Of a DNA stretch of 64,000 nt, positions 8,175-16,549 are shown one piece after another. The notes beneath the pieces are model-generated. The model did no database searches and was not told the origin of the DNA. It was given only the letters and a program-made list of their open reading frames with translations. Within the stretch, counting starts at the first letter, position 1. Each line of letters starts with the position of its first letter. The DNA is taken from positions 293,342 through 357,341 of the forward strand of contig JAHBVC010000002.1 of assembly GCA_019637755.1 (NCBI GenBank). The letters are read 5' to 3'. The stretch is from Anaerolineales bacterium. GTDB taxonomy: Bacteria > Chloroflexota > Anaerolineae > Anaerolineales > UBA11579. A program made the position numbers and the translations under genes.

Positions 8175-8247
8175 GCGCCCATAGCTCAATGGATAGAGCA
8201 ACTGACTTCGGATCAGTGGGTTGTGGGTTCGACTCCTGCTGGGCGCG
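8175..8247 (+). tRNA. tRNA-Arg (anticodon UCG)
   Basis: Manual cloverleaf: gcgccca/ta/gctc-aatggata-gagc/a/actga-cTTCGga-tcagt/gggtt/gtggg-ttcgact-cctgc/tgggcgc/g. Total 73 nt; anticodon TCG; no encoded CCA. Confidence 0.9.
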
Positions 8248-8254
8248 CTAAGGA

Positions 8255-8881
8255 ATGCTATGGGGATCCATGAAAACTGAAGAGAAGAATCACCAAACTG
8301 TCAAACTGACTGGTTACTACACGTTACTCGCAGCAGTCATCGGTGGGTTTTCACTGATACTAAATACGCTGATTGAACAGGGCTACTATTTTGCAGCAGT
8401 CATTTTGTTCATTGTATTACTGATAGCCATCATATTCTCTACTACTCGCCTCTCCAAGTTTCAAATAGCAAAGAGTATCGAAAGCATATCTGAAGCTCTC
8501 CCCTCTTGGAAGTTACTTTACGAGCATGATGAAAATGGACGGCAGCTAAAAGGAAGCTCCAAGGAGTTAATTGATGCTGTCAACAATGCTTATCCAATTA
8601 AGATCAAGTTACAACGCCCGAATGAACGAACTGAGGTTATGGAAGCTCAATGGGTGTTCACTGAGAACGGCATTGTTCATGCATCCAACATAGACCAGAT
8701 ATCCCTCGGGCCAGATGAAACTGGAAATTACCGATATTTTGCAGAGCCCTACCACTATTTTGTAATTGTTAACAGCGCAGGCTTCCATCACGCAAGCCGC
8801 TTTTTCTTTAATGGAGAACTCAAAAGCACTTCTGATGGAGCCCCCCACATGACTTGGTATGGCCTAGTGCCTCCCAACTAG
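8255..8881 (+). CDS. Hypothetical membrane protein (AT-rich, island-associated)
   Basis: 208-aa ORF with two N-terminal hydrophobic helices (YYTLLAAVIGGFSLILNTLI; AAVILFIVLLIAIIF). No family recognised. The start could be 8255 or 8270. Confidence 0.5.
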   Translation: MLWGSMKTEEKNHQTVKLTGYYTLLAAVIGGFSLILNTLIEQGYYFAAVILFIVLLIAIIFSTTRLSKFQIAKSIESISEALPSWKLLYEHDENGRQLKGSSKELIDAVNNAYPIKIKLQRPNERTEVMEAQWVFTENGIVHASNIDQISLGPDETGNYRYFAEPYHYFVIVNSAGFHHASRFFFNGELKSTSDGAPHMTWYGLVPPN

Positions 8882-8897
8882 ATAGCTGCTTTGTTGC

Positions 8898-10286
8898 CTA
8901 CAACCCCATAACCGCCTTGGCAATATACAGATAAATCGCCAACCCGGTCGCATCCACTAGCGTAGTGATGAGCGGTGCGCTCACTGCGGCGGGGTCGATC
9001 TTGAAGCGCTGCGCCAGCAGCGGGATCAGCGAGCCGATGGTGTTGGCCCAGGTGCAGATCACCAGCACCGAGAGCGAGACGGTGAGCGCCAGCGCATCGC
9101 TGGAGCCCCAGAACTTGGCACGCATGTACGACACGCTGCCCAGCAGCAGGCCAATTAGCAGGCCGCTGAGCAGCTCGCGGCCGATGACTTTCCAACTGTC
9201 ACGCAGGGTCACTTCGCCCAGCGCCAGGCCACGGATGAGCGTGGAGACGGTTTGGGCGCCGGTGTTGCCGCCGGTACCGATCAGCAGCGGGATGAAGAAC
9301 GAAAGCGCCACCACGGCGGCCAGCTCGCTCTCAAAATGGCGCAGCACCATACCAGTGAGCGTCTCGGCCACGAACAGCAGCAGCAGCCAGCCGATGCGGC
9401 GCGAGATGGCCGTCTTGAGCGGGATGGTGAAATAGGGCTGGTCTACCGGGCCACTTTCCACACCACCGAAGCGCAAAATATCCTCAGTACTTTCGGCGGC
9501 GAGCACATCGATGACATCGTCTACGGGAATGATGCCGAGCATACGCCCGCCGGGGTCAAGCACGGGCATGGCCAGGTAATCGTAGTGTGAGAGCAGGCGC
9601 GCCACATCTTCACGGTCGGTCTCTGGAGTGACGCTGACCAACTGCGTATTCATCAGCGCGCCCAGCTTCTTGCGCGCCGGCGCCACTACCACCTCACGCA
9701 GCGAGACCACGCCTTCCAGGCGCTCCTCGTCATCCACTACATAGAGATTATTGAGCGTCTCCACATCGGCGTTCATGCGGCGCAAGCGCACCAGCGTATC
9801 GGCGGCGCGCCACTCTTTATGCACGCGCACGAATTTTTCCGTCATCATGCGCCCGGCGCTGTGCACAGGGTATTGCAGCAGGCGCTGGATATCGAGGGCG
9901 TGCTTGGGCTCCAGAGCTTCGAGGATGGCGCTGCGGCGGCGCGGGAACATGGGGATGATGTAGGCGGCCTCGTCCATGGGCATGGCATCCACGATGGCGG
10001 CGATCTGGCCCACCTTCAGCGGGCCGGCCACATCGCGCACCAGGTTGGGGGCCAGCTCGGCGAGCACATCCGCCTGGCGTGGCAGCTCCAGCGCGTTGAA
10101 GACGCGGCGGCGTTGGGCTACGTTGAGGCGCTCGAGCACATCGCCAATATTGGCGGGGTGCTGGCCGTGCAGCGCCGCTTTGAGGGCGGTGCTTTGGCGG
10201 CGCTCCAGGGCGGCGCGCAGACTGCGTTCCAGTTCCTCGGTGTTGACCAGCTCATTTTTCTTGCCATTATTCATCTGACGTTTCAT
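8898..10286 (-). CDS. mgtE: Magnesium transporter MgtE
   Basis: 462 aa with the MgtE architecture: MgtE_N, tandem CBS and a C-terminal five-TM domain (GNTGAQT, DPAAVSAPLITTLVDATGLAIYL). Confidence 0.9.
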   Translation of the reverse strand: MKRQMNNGKKNELVNTEELERSLRAALERRQSTALKAALHGQHPANIGDVLERLNVAQRRRVFNALELPRQADVLAELAPNLVRDVAGPLKVGQIAAIVDAMPMDEAAYIIPMFPRRRSAILEALEPKHALDIQRLLQYPVHSAGRMMTEKFVRVHKEWRAADTLVRLRRMNADVETLNNLYVVDDEERLEGVVSLREVVVAPARKKLGALMNTQLVSVTPETDREDVARLLSHYDYLAMPVLDPGGRMLGIIPVDDVIDVLAAESTEDILRFGGVESGPVDQPYFTIPLKTAISRRIGWLLLLFVAETLTGMVLRHFESELAAVVALSFFIPLLIGTGGNTGAQTVSTLIRGLALGEVTLRDSWKVIGRELLSGLLIGLLLGSVSYMRAKFWGSSDALALTVSLSVLVICTWANTIGSLIPLLAQRFKIDPAAVSAPLITTLVDATGLAIYLYIAKAVMGL

Positions 10287-10373
10287 CGTGCCCTCGCGGC
10301 AGCGATTTTAACCCCCTATGGATTGCTGATACAATTTTTAGGCCTTTTTACAACCAAAGCTAGAGGAGCTTGA

Positions 10374-12038
10374 ATGCCGGCTAAAAAGAAGTTGCTACGC
10401 AAATCAACCAGCAAGACCAAGACCACTCCAGTGAAGAAATCCAAGACTGTCAAAAAGACAGCCGCCCGTAAGCCTGCCAAGGCTGCGGCATTAAACCTCA
10501 AGAAAGCCTTCTACAACCTAAACACAGCCGAAAGCTACGAGCACGCCGTACGCAATGGCGAAGTGATGCTCACGGCCGATGGCCCGCTGAACGCGGTGAC
10601 CACCCCGCACACCGGGCGCTCGCCCAAGGATCGCTTCGTGGTGCGCGAGAGCTACAGCGAGAACGATGTGCACTGGGGCAACGTCAATGTAGAAGTAGAC
10701 GAGAAGGTCTTCGACCGTCTACACCAGAAGATGGTGGCCTACCTCAACAAGCAGCCCAAGCTGTACGTGCGTGAGGTCTACGCCTGCGCCGACCCGGCTT
10801 ACGAAATGCCGGTGCGCTTCGTCTCCACCTCGGCCTGGCACATGCTCTTCGTCAAGAACATGTTCCGCCATAAAGCAGACATGAGCAGCTTCGACGCTGA
10901 GTTCACCGTGTTGCACGCGCCTGAGATGCAGGCCAATCCCAAAACGGATGGCGTGCGCTCAGGCACCTTCATTGTGCTCAACCTGGCCAAGAAAATGGTG
11001 CTGATCGGCGGCACGCGCTACGCTGGCGAGCTCAAGAAATCTATCTTCTCTTCGCTCAACTACCTGCTGCCCAAGCAGGGTGTGCTCTCGATGCACTGCT
11101 CGGCCAACGTGGGCAGTGACCGGCGCACGGCGCTGTTCTTTGGCCTCTCGGGCACCGGCAAGACCACCCTCTCGGCTGACCCGAACCGCGCCCTGATCGG
11201 TGACGATGAGCACGGCTGGAGCGAAAACGGGGTCTTCAATATCGAAGGCGGCTGCTACGCCAAGGTGATCAAGCTCTCACAGGAAGCCGAGCCGGATATC
11301 TGGGCCGCCTCGCACCGCTATGGCACCGTGCTCGAAAACGTGGTGCTGAATCCGGACCGCACGCTCAATCTGGATAGCGACGAAATTACCGAGAACACTC
11401 GCTCCGCATACCCCCTCAACTTCAACTCCAATACAGACCCAGACGGCATGGCCGGCCACCCCAACCACATCGTGTTCCTGAGCGCCGATGCGTGGGGCGT
11501 GCTGCCGCCGATCTCGAAGCTGACGCCCGAGCAGGCCATGTACTACTTCCTCTCCGGCTACACCGCCAAGCTGGCTGGCACCGAGCGCGGCGTCACCGAG
11601 CCACAGGCCACCTTCTCGGCCTGCTTCGGTGAGGTGTTTATGGTGTGGGACCCCACGGTCTACGCCGAGATGCTGGCCAAGAAGATGGCCGAGCACAACA
11701 CGCAGGCCTGGCTGGTCAACACCGGCTGGACTGGCGGCCCCTACGGCGTGGGCAGCCGCATGAAGATTGGCTACACGCGTGCCATGGTGCGCGCCGCGGT
11801 GGAGGGCCGCCTGGATGGTATCGGTACCCAGACTGACCCCATCTTCGGCCTGGCCATCCCCACCAGCGCACCAGACGTGCCCAGCGAGGTGCTGAACCCG
11901 CGCGAGACCTGGGCCGACAAAGCTGCCTACGATACGCAGGCGGCCAAGCTGGCGGCGGAGTTCCACAAGAACTTCAAACGCTTTGAAGGAAGCGCCAGCG
12001 CGGCCATCAAGGGCGCAGGGCCGATTTCAAAAGGATGA
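10374..12038 (+). CDS. pckA: Phosphoenolpyruvate carboxykinase (ATP) with a Lys-rich N-terminal extension of about 44 aa
   Basis: HTGRSPKDRF, GTRYAGELKKSIFS and the kinase-1a loop GLSGTGKTTLS are present. GAGGAG SD precedes ATG 10374. The N-terminus reads MPAKKKLLRKSTSKTKTTPVKKSKTVKKTAARKPAKAA. Confidence 0.9.
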   Translation: MPAKKKLLRKSTSKTKTTPVKKSKTVKKTAARKPAKAAALNLKKAFYNLNTAESYEHAVRNGEVMLTADGPLNAVTTPHTGRSPKDRFVVRESYSENDVHWGNVNVEVDEKVFDRLHQKMVAYLNKQPKLYVREVYACADPAYEMPVRFVSTSAWHMLFVKNMFRHKADMSSFDAEFTVLHAPEMQANPKTDGVRSGTFIVLNLAKKMVLIGGTRYAGELKKSIFSSLNYLLPKQGVLSMHCSANVGSDRRTALFFGLSGTGKTTLSADPNRALIGDDEHGWSENGVFNIEGGCYAKVIKLSQEAEPDIWAASHRYGTVLENVVLNPDRTLNLDSDEITENTRSAYPLNFNSNTDPDGMAGHPNHIVFLSADAWGVLPPISKLTPEQAMYYFLSGYTAKLAGTERGVTEPQATFSACFGEVFMVWDPTVYAEMLAKKMAEHNTQAWLVNTGWTGGPYGVGSRMKIGYTRAMVRAAVEGRLDGIGTQTDPIFGLAIPTSAPDVPSEVLNPRETWADKAAYDTQAAKLAAEFHKNFKRFEGSASAAIKGAGPISKG

Positions 12039-12065
12039 AGGATAAAGGCGGAAGGATGAAAATCC
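12032..12065. repeat. GGATGA-rich short repeat block
   Basis: aggatgaaggataaaggcggaaggatgaaaatcc overlaps the pckA stop. The same motif family occurs at 12493-12562 and 34198-34247 in the opposite orientation. Confidence 0.6.
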
Positions 12066-12080
12066 TTGCGTCCTCGCACT

Positions 12081-12118
12081 AACCAGAGACGGAAGGAGTA
12101 CTCCTTCCGTCTCTGGTT
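12081..12118. terminator. Bidirectional hairpin terminator between pckA and the four-helix-bundle gene
   Basis: Perfect 18-bp stem: aaccagagacggaaggag-ta-ctccttccgtctctggtt. Confidence 0.75.
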
Positions 12119-12122
12119 TAAG

Positions 12123-12485
12123 CTAGCGAGACTTAACTCGCTTTACGATGGTAACGAAGATGGCCAACAGCTCATTTGTTTCTTTTTGGACAGCCGCAAG
12201 TGTTTCTGAGCTGCTTGGATTAATCTCGATTAGCAGATCAAGCCAATACAAAACTTCTTCCAGTTCTTGAAGTGAACCTTCAATTTTTGTTACAAAATCC
12301 TTGTTCGATTTTGCGCGTTGGGCCTCCGCATACTGTGCTCCTACAGAGGTGCCAGCTCTAAGCAACTGTTTGCCAAGTACCTGTGCTTCGGTCGTCTTGG
12401 GCAAACTTGAATACATCCTGATAATCTGAATAGCAAAGGCTCTTGTTCGTTTCTTTAAATCCTGAGAGTTTTGATCTGTATTCAT
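12123..12485 (-). CDS. Four-helix-bundle protein (23S rRNA intervening-sequence protein family)
   Basis: 120 aa. ..RAFAIQIIRMYSSLPKTTEAQVLGKQLLRAGTSVGAQYAEAQRAKSNKDFVTKIEGSLQELEEVLYWLDLL is the canonical pattern of this family. AT-richer than its neighbours. Confidence 0.8.
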   Translation of the reverse strand: MNTDQNSQDLKKRTRAFAIQIIRMYSSLPKTTEAQVLGKQLLRAGTSVGAQYAEAQRAKSNKDFVTKIEGSLQELEEVLYWLDLLIEINPSSSETLAAVQKETNELLAIFVTIVKRVKSR

Positions 12486-12492
12486 TCTTCCG

Positions 12493-12562
12493 CCCTCATC
12501 CTTTGCCTTCTTGCTCTCATCTTTGCTTTTTCATCCTTCATCCTTCCTCCCTCATCCTTTGC
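12493..12562. repeat. GGATGA-rich short repeat block (reverse orientation)
   Basis: ccctcatcctttgcc..ctcatctttgctttttcatccttcatccttcctccctcatcctttgc flanks the other side of the four-helix-bundle gene and overlaps the 3' end of the DAO-like gene. Confidence 0.6.
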
Positions 12563-13494
12563 ACTACTTCTTCCGCGCACCCCCAACTGAGCGTAAAGCC
12601 TGCCCCGCCGTGGCCGTAGTTGTGCACAACGATCGCCTCGCCGATGCGCTCCGCCTCCAAGCGCACCTCGTGGCGCACCGGGCGCAAGCCCACACCGGCG
12701 GAGACAATTTGCACATCAGCGAAGGCCGGGTGCAGGTTGGCGGCCTTGCGCAGAATCTCGGCCTGGTCTGCAGCGCGCACGCGGGTATCCCAATCATCGG
12801 TCTGTGCCGTGCCGCCCAGCACCACATCAGCGCTGCGCGGGATGATGTAGCCCAACCCATTCGGCCCCTCGTCGTCCAGGATACTGTGCACGACCCCATT
12901 CGGGCGCACCTTCACCACCTGGCCGCGCACCGGGCGCACGCTCTCGTCGCCAAACAGGTTTCGCGAGCCCAGGCCAGTGCAATTTACAATATGCGTGCTC
13001 TCGGCGGCGGCTTCCTCGATGCTGCTCACCTCGCGCTGCACGATCTGGCCGCCCAGGCGCACGAACCACGGCACCAGATAATCCATGTACACGCTGGTAT
13101 CGATGACGATCGACTCGGTCTCGAAGCCGTCTGCATACCCAGCCGGCAGCTCGGCGGCGGCCAGCCGGCGGTAGCCTGCCACCGCGCCCGCCCACCACGG
13201 CGTCTCGACCGGGTGGGCGTACAGGTCTTGCACCAGGGTCGGGCGGCAACCGCTGGCCGCGTCCGGCAGCAGGTGCTGCTTGAAGTAGGCCAGCGTGCGG
13301 CTGGCCCACGGCGCCACCCGCTCGATGGGCTGTGCCAGATACGGGAACCACAGCGCGGCGGCCTGGTTAGAGGTGGTGTACGGCGGCAGCTCACGCGCCC
13401 AGATGGTGACAGCCCAGCCTGCCTGCAACAGCAGGATGCCGCTGCTCAGCCCAGACACGCCACAGCCGAGGACAAGCACAGATCTTTGCGTCAT
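12538..13494 (-). CDS. FAD-dependent oxidoreductase, D-amino-acid-oxidase family
   Basis: VLVLGCGVSGLSSGILLLQAGWAVTIWA..TTSNQAAALWFP at the N-terminus and HNYGHGGAGFTLSWG near the C-terminus are typical DAO signatures. Confidence 0.8.
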   Translation of the reverse strand: MTQRSVLVLGCGVSGLSSGILLLQAGWAVTIWARELPPYTTSNQAAALWFPYLAQPIERVAPWASRTLAYFKQHLLPDAASGCRPTLVQDLYAHPVETPWWAGAVAGYRRLAAAELPAGYADGFETESIVIDTSVYMDYLVPWFVRLGGQIVQREVSSIEEAAAESTHIVNCTGLGSRNLFGDESVRPVRGQVVKVRPNGVVHSILDDEGPNGLGYIIPRSADVVLGGTAQTDDWDTRVRAADQAEILRKAANLHPAFADVQIVSAGVGLRPVRHEVRLEAERIGEAIVVHNYGHGGAGFTLSWGCAEEVVQRMREEG

Positions 13495-13538
13495 GCGCCC
13501 ATTCTAGACCCACTTTGGTACCAATTTGGGCAAAACGC

Positions 13539-13567
13539 TTGACTCTGTGAAAAAGTACCTGTATATT
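13539..13567 (+). promoter_or_regulatory. Sigma-70-type promoter for the BMP/ABC operon leader
   Basis: TTGACT (13539-13544), a 17-nt spacer, then TATATT (13562-13567). Confidence 0.65.
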
Positions 13568-13574
13568 GTGGCCT

Positions 13575-13786
13575 TACTCTCTCTACCCGCCATGTATACG
13601 CCCAATCCCTGAGGACGCATGCGCGGTTTCTCTCCCCACTCCGAGACGAAATCGCTACTCGGGGAGGAGTGTAAGCCACAGCCGAAATCACGTCCCATCA
13701 TCTTGATGGGACGTTTGTTTTTCCCCATAAAGCAGCAAAGCTGAGGAGGTGACCGCAAACACGCTCACCGCTCTCAGCTTTTTTGT
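13575..13786 (+). promoter_or_regulatory. Long 5' leader with two successive intrinsic-terminator-like hairpins (candidate attenuator or riboswitch of unknown class)
   Basis: Hairpin 1 is acgtcccatcatcttgatgggacgt followed by ttgttttt (13690-13722). Hairpin 2 has outer stem agctgag/ctcagct, inner stem ggtga-c-cg/cg-c-tcacc, then tttttt (13738-13785). The SD and ATG of the SBP gene follow at 13806-13819. Confidence 0.5.
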
Positions 13787-13818
13787 TTTCTGACCAACTT
13801 TATTTGGAGGAAGAGAAG

Positions 13819-14994
13819 ATGCATAAGAAGGTACTGTTGTTGCTTGCCCTCACCGCCTTAGTGCTGGCCGCCTGTGGCGCTAGCACCCCCAGCGGAGAAA
13901 ACTTCACCTTTGGCGTGATTTTGGTTGGCCCGCAAAACGACCACGGCTGGAGCCAGGCGCATTACGAGGGCGGCCAGTATGTGGTGGAAAACCTGCCCGG
14001 CGCCGAGATGATCGTGTTCGAGTCGCTCAACCCAGCGGACAAGCCCGAAGCCACGCTGGAAGGCGTGGTGGATGAGATGGTGGCACAAGGCGCAACCCTG
14101 ATCATCACCACCTCCGATGAATTCGAGGAGGACACCACCACGGTGGCCGCCAAGTATCCTGAGGTCACCTTCGTCAACGTCTCCGGTGATGATGCGCTCA
14201 CCGGCGAAGGCCCGGCCAACCTGAGCAACATCATGGGCCGCATGGAAGAAATGAAGGCCATCGCCGGCTGTGCCGCCGCCCTCACCACGCAAACCGGCCA
14301 GCTTGGCTATGTGGGCCCGCTCATCAACCACGAAACGCTGCGCCTCACTGCCTCGGCTTATCTGGGTGCCCAGCACTGCTACGAAACCTACCGCGGCCTG
14401 GATGCCGATGATCTGGAGTTCACGGTGAGCTGGATCGGCTTCTGGTTCAACATTCCCGGCGTCACCAGCGACCCCACCGAAGTCACTACCAACTTCATCG
14501 ACACGGGTGTGGATGTGGTGCTCAGCGGCATTGACACCACCGAGGCCATCAACGTGGCTGGCCAGCGTGCCGCCGCGGGTGACGCGGTATGGGCTGTGCC
14601 GTATGACTACCTGGCCGCCTGCGACAACGCCCCTGACATCTGCCTGGGTGTGCCCTTCTTCAACTGGGGACCCGACTATCTGGCCCTGGCCACTGCGGTT
14701 GTAGATGGCAGCTGGACGCAGAGCTGGGTGTGGAGCGGCCCGAACTGGGCTGACCTGAGCGACTTGGACAGCAGCGCTGTGGGTTGGCTCAACGGCCCCG
14801 GCCTGAGCGAAGAGGCCGCCGCCGATCTGGCGGATTACATCAGCAAGCTAGCCAGCGGTGAAGTAGCCGTGTGGACTGGCCCCATCAACCTGCAAGACGG
14901 CTCTGCCTACATCGCAGCCGGTGAAGTGGGTAGCGATGAGCAGGTCTGGTACCTGCCGCAACTCATCGAAGGGATGAACGGCCCGAGCCAGTAA
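13819..14994 (+). CDS. BMP-family (PnrA-like) ABC substrate-binding lipoprotein
   Basis: GGAGG SD precedes ATG 13819. MHKKVLLLLALTALVLAACG is a lipoprotein signal. The FGVILVGPQNDHGWSQAHYEGG pattern is typical of the BMP family. Confidence 0.85.
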   Translation: MHKKVLLLLALTALVLAACGASTPSGENFTFGVILVGPQNDHGWSQAHYEGGQYVVENLPGAEMIVFESLNPADKPEATLEGVVDEMVAQGATLIITTSDEFEEDTTTVAAKYPEVTFVNVSGDDALTGEGPANLSNIMGRMEEMKAIAGCAAALTTQTGQLGYVGPLINHETLRLTASAYLGAQHCYETYRGLDADDLEFTVSWIGFWFNIPGVTSDPTEVTTNFIDTGVDVVLSGIDTTEAINVAGQRAAAGDAVWAVPYDYLAACDNAPDICLGVPFFNWGPDYLALATAVVDGSWTQSWVWSGPNWADLSDLDSSAVGWLNGPGLSEEAAADLADYISKLASGEVAVWTGPINLQDGSAYIAAGEVGSDEQVWYLPQLIEGMNGPSQ

Positions 14995-14999
14995 TCAAA

Positions 15000-15036
15000 C
15001 TGCCGGTGGGCGTATATACGCCCACCGGCAGTTTTT
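15000..15036 (+). terminator. Intrinsic terminator/attenuator after the SBP gene
   Basis: ctgccggtgggcgtatatacgcccaccggcag followed by ttttt. Confidence 0.75.
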
Positions 15037-15058
15037 CTGGTCTACTAGCACACACATC

Positions 15059-16549
15059 ATGCAGGTACATCTCAACACAATTCGCAAGCAATTTGGTGCT
15101 CAGGGTGCTAGCACCGAAGGTGCTAGCACCCTAGTAGCCAATGATGACATTACGCTGCTGTTTGAGCCTGGGCGCATATATGGGCTGCTGGGCGAGAACG
15201 GCGCGGGTAAAAGCACCTTGATGAAGATCTTGTCTGGCTATCAGCAGCCGGACAGCGGCGAGATCCTGTTGGGGGGCGTAGTGCAGCATTTCACCTCGCC
15301 GCGCCAGGCGCTGGCCGCCGGGGTGGGCATGCTGTATCAAGAGCCGCTGGATGTGCCCGTCTTCACCGTGCTCGAAAATTTTCTGCTCGGCCGCGCGCCG
15401 GATGGCCAGACGCCGCGGCAGGCTGCCACGGCGCTGGTGCAACTGGCGCAGCGCTATAGCTTTGAAGTAGACCCGCACGAGCGCATCGAAACGCTGAGTA
15501 TGGGTGAGCGCCAGCAGTTGGAGCTGCTGCGCCTGCTGGCAGGCGGCGCTCAAGTGCTGATTCTAGATGAGCCCACCACTGGCATCAGCGCCGAGCAAAA
15601 AGACCTGCTCTTCGCCTCCATGCGCACCCTGGCGCGCGAGGAAGGCAAGACCCTCATCCTGGTCTCGCACAAGCTGGATGAGGTGCAAGAGCTGTGCGAC
15701 CATGCCTACGTGCTGCGCAAAGGGCGCTATGTTGGCGGGCGCAACCTGCCCTGCCCCACGGCGGAGCTGGTGACGCTGATGTTCGAGCAATTGCCGCCGC
15801 GTCCAGAACGCCGCCAGACTACACACACGCAAAAGGCGTTGGAGCTGCGGTCCGCCAGCGTGCACACACCGCGCCTACAACTAGCCCCGGCTAGCCTGCA
15901 AGTGCAGGCTGGCCAAGTGCTCGGCCTCGCCGGGCTGGAGGGCAGCGGGCAGGAGCTGCTGCTGCGCGCCTGCGCCGGGCTGCTACCGCTGGCGGCGGGC
16001 AGCCTGTGGCTCAGTGGTGAGCGCCAGCCTGAATGGAATTACCCGCTGGCCCGCCAGCGCGGCGTGGGTTATCTGGCCGCCGGCCGCCTGGAAGAAGGCT
16101 TGATTGCGGGCCTGACCCTGACCGAGCACATGGCGCTGGTCAGCCATGCGCACGGGCTGCTGGTCGATTGGCCACAGAACCGCCAACTGGCCGCCGAGCA
16201 CATTGCCACCTATCAGGTGGTAGGCCAACCGGAATCTGCTATTGAGACATTATCAGGCGGCAACCAACAACGCTTCTTGTTCGCCATGCTGCCCAAGGAT
16301 TTGAAATTGATACTGATGGAACATCCCACCCGTGGCCTGGATATTCGCTCGACGGATTGGATCTGGGAGCAACTGGACCAACGCCGTGCCAATGGCACCG
16401 CCATCGTATTCATCTCGGCGGATCTCGACGAAGTAGCGGCGCGCAGCGACCAGATCGCCGTTTTCTCTGGCGGGCAGTTGCTACGCAGCGTGGCCGCCGC
16501 CGAAACCAACGCAGACGAACTCGGCCACCTGATCGGCGGTGCAGTGTGA
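15059..16549 (+). CDS. ABC transporter ATP-binding protein with two ABC domains
   Basis: 496 aa. Walker A GENGAGKST, signature LSMGERQQ, Walker B LILDEPT, and a second half with LSGGNQQR. Confidence 0.9.
   Translation: MQVHLNTIRKQFGAQGASTEGASTLVANDDITLLFEPGRIYGLLGENGAGKSTLMKILSGYQQPDSGEILLGGVVQHFTSPRQALAAGVGMLYQEPLDVPVFTVLENFLLGRAPDGQTPRQAATALVQLAQRYSFEVDPHERIETLSMGERQQLELLRLLAGGAQVLILDEPTTGISAEQKDLLFASMRTLAREEGKTLILVSHKLDEVQELCDHAYVLRKGRYVGGRNLPCPTAELVTLMFEQLPPRPERRQTTHTQKALELRSASVHTPRLQLAPASLQVQAGQVLGLAGLEGSGQELLLRACAGLLPLAAGSLWLSGERQPEWNYPLARQRGVGYLAAGRLEEGLIAGLTLTEHMALVSHAHGLLVDWPQNRQLAAEHIATYQVVGQPESAIETLSGGNQQRFLFAMLPKDLKLILMEHPTRGLDIRSTDWIWEQLDQRRANGTAIVFISADLDEVAARSDQIAVFSGGQLLRSVAAAETNADELGHLIGGAV

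Larger units (their letters stand above)
4055..8212 (+). mobile_element. Minimal integrative element (about 4.1 kb) at tRNA-Arg: cargo ORF, structured/iteron region, Rep_trans, Xis-like HTH, tyrosine integrase
   Basis: Bounded by an exact 39-bp direct repeat (4055-4093 = 8174-8212). Composition is visibly AT-richer than the flanks. The rep-xis-int order next to the att site matches pSAM2-type actinomycete integrative elements. Confidence 0.75.

Noticed and set aside
12511-13542. 343-aa ORF antisense to the DAO-like gene
   Set aside because: The minus-strand product has clear FAD-binding and DAO signatures. The plus-strand ORF has none and is Arg/Ala/His-rich.
13575-13786. Assigning the BMP-operon leader to a named riboswitch class
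   Set aside because: I could not find the conserved cores of the purine, 2'-dG, ZTP, preQ1, guanidine or c-di-GMP-I riboswitches. It is reported only as an unclassified leader.
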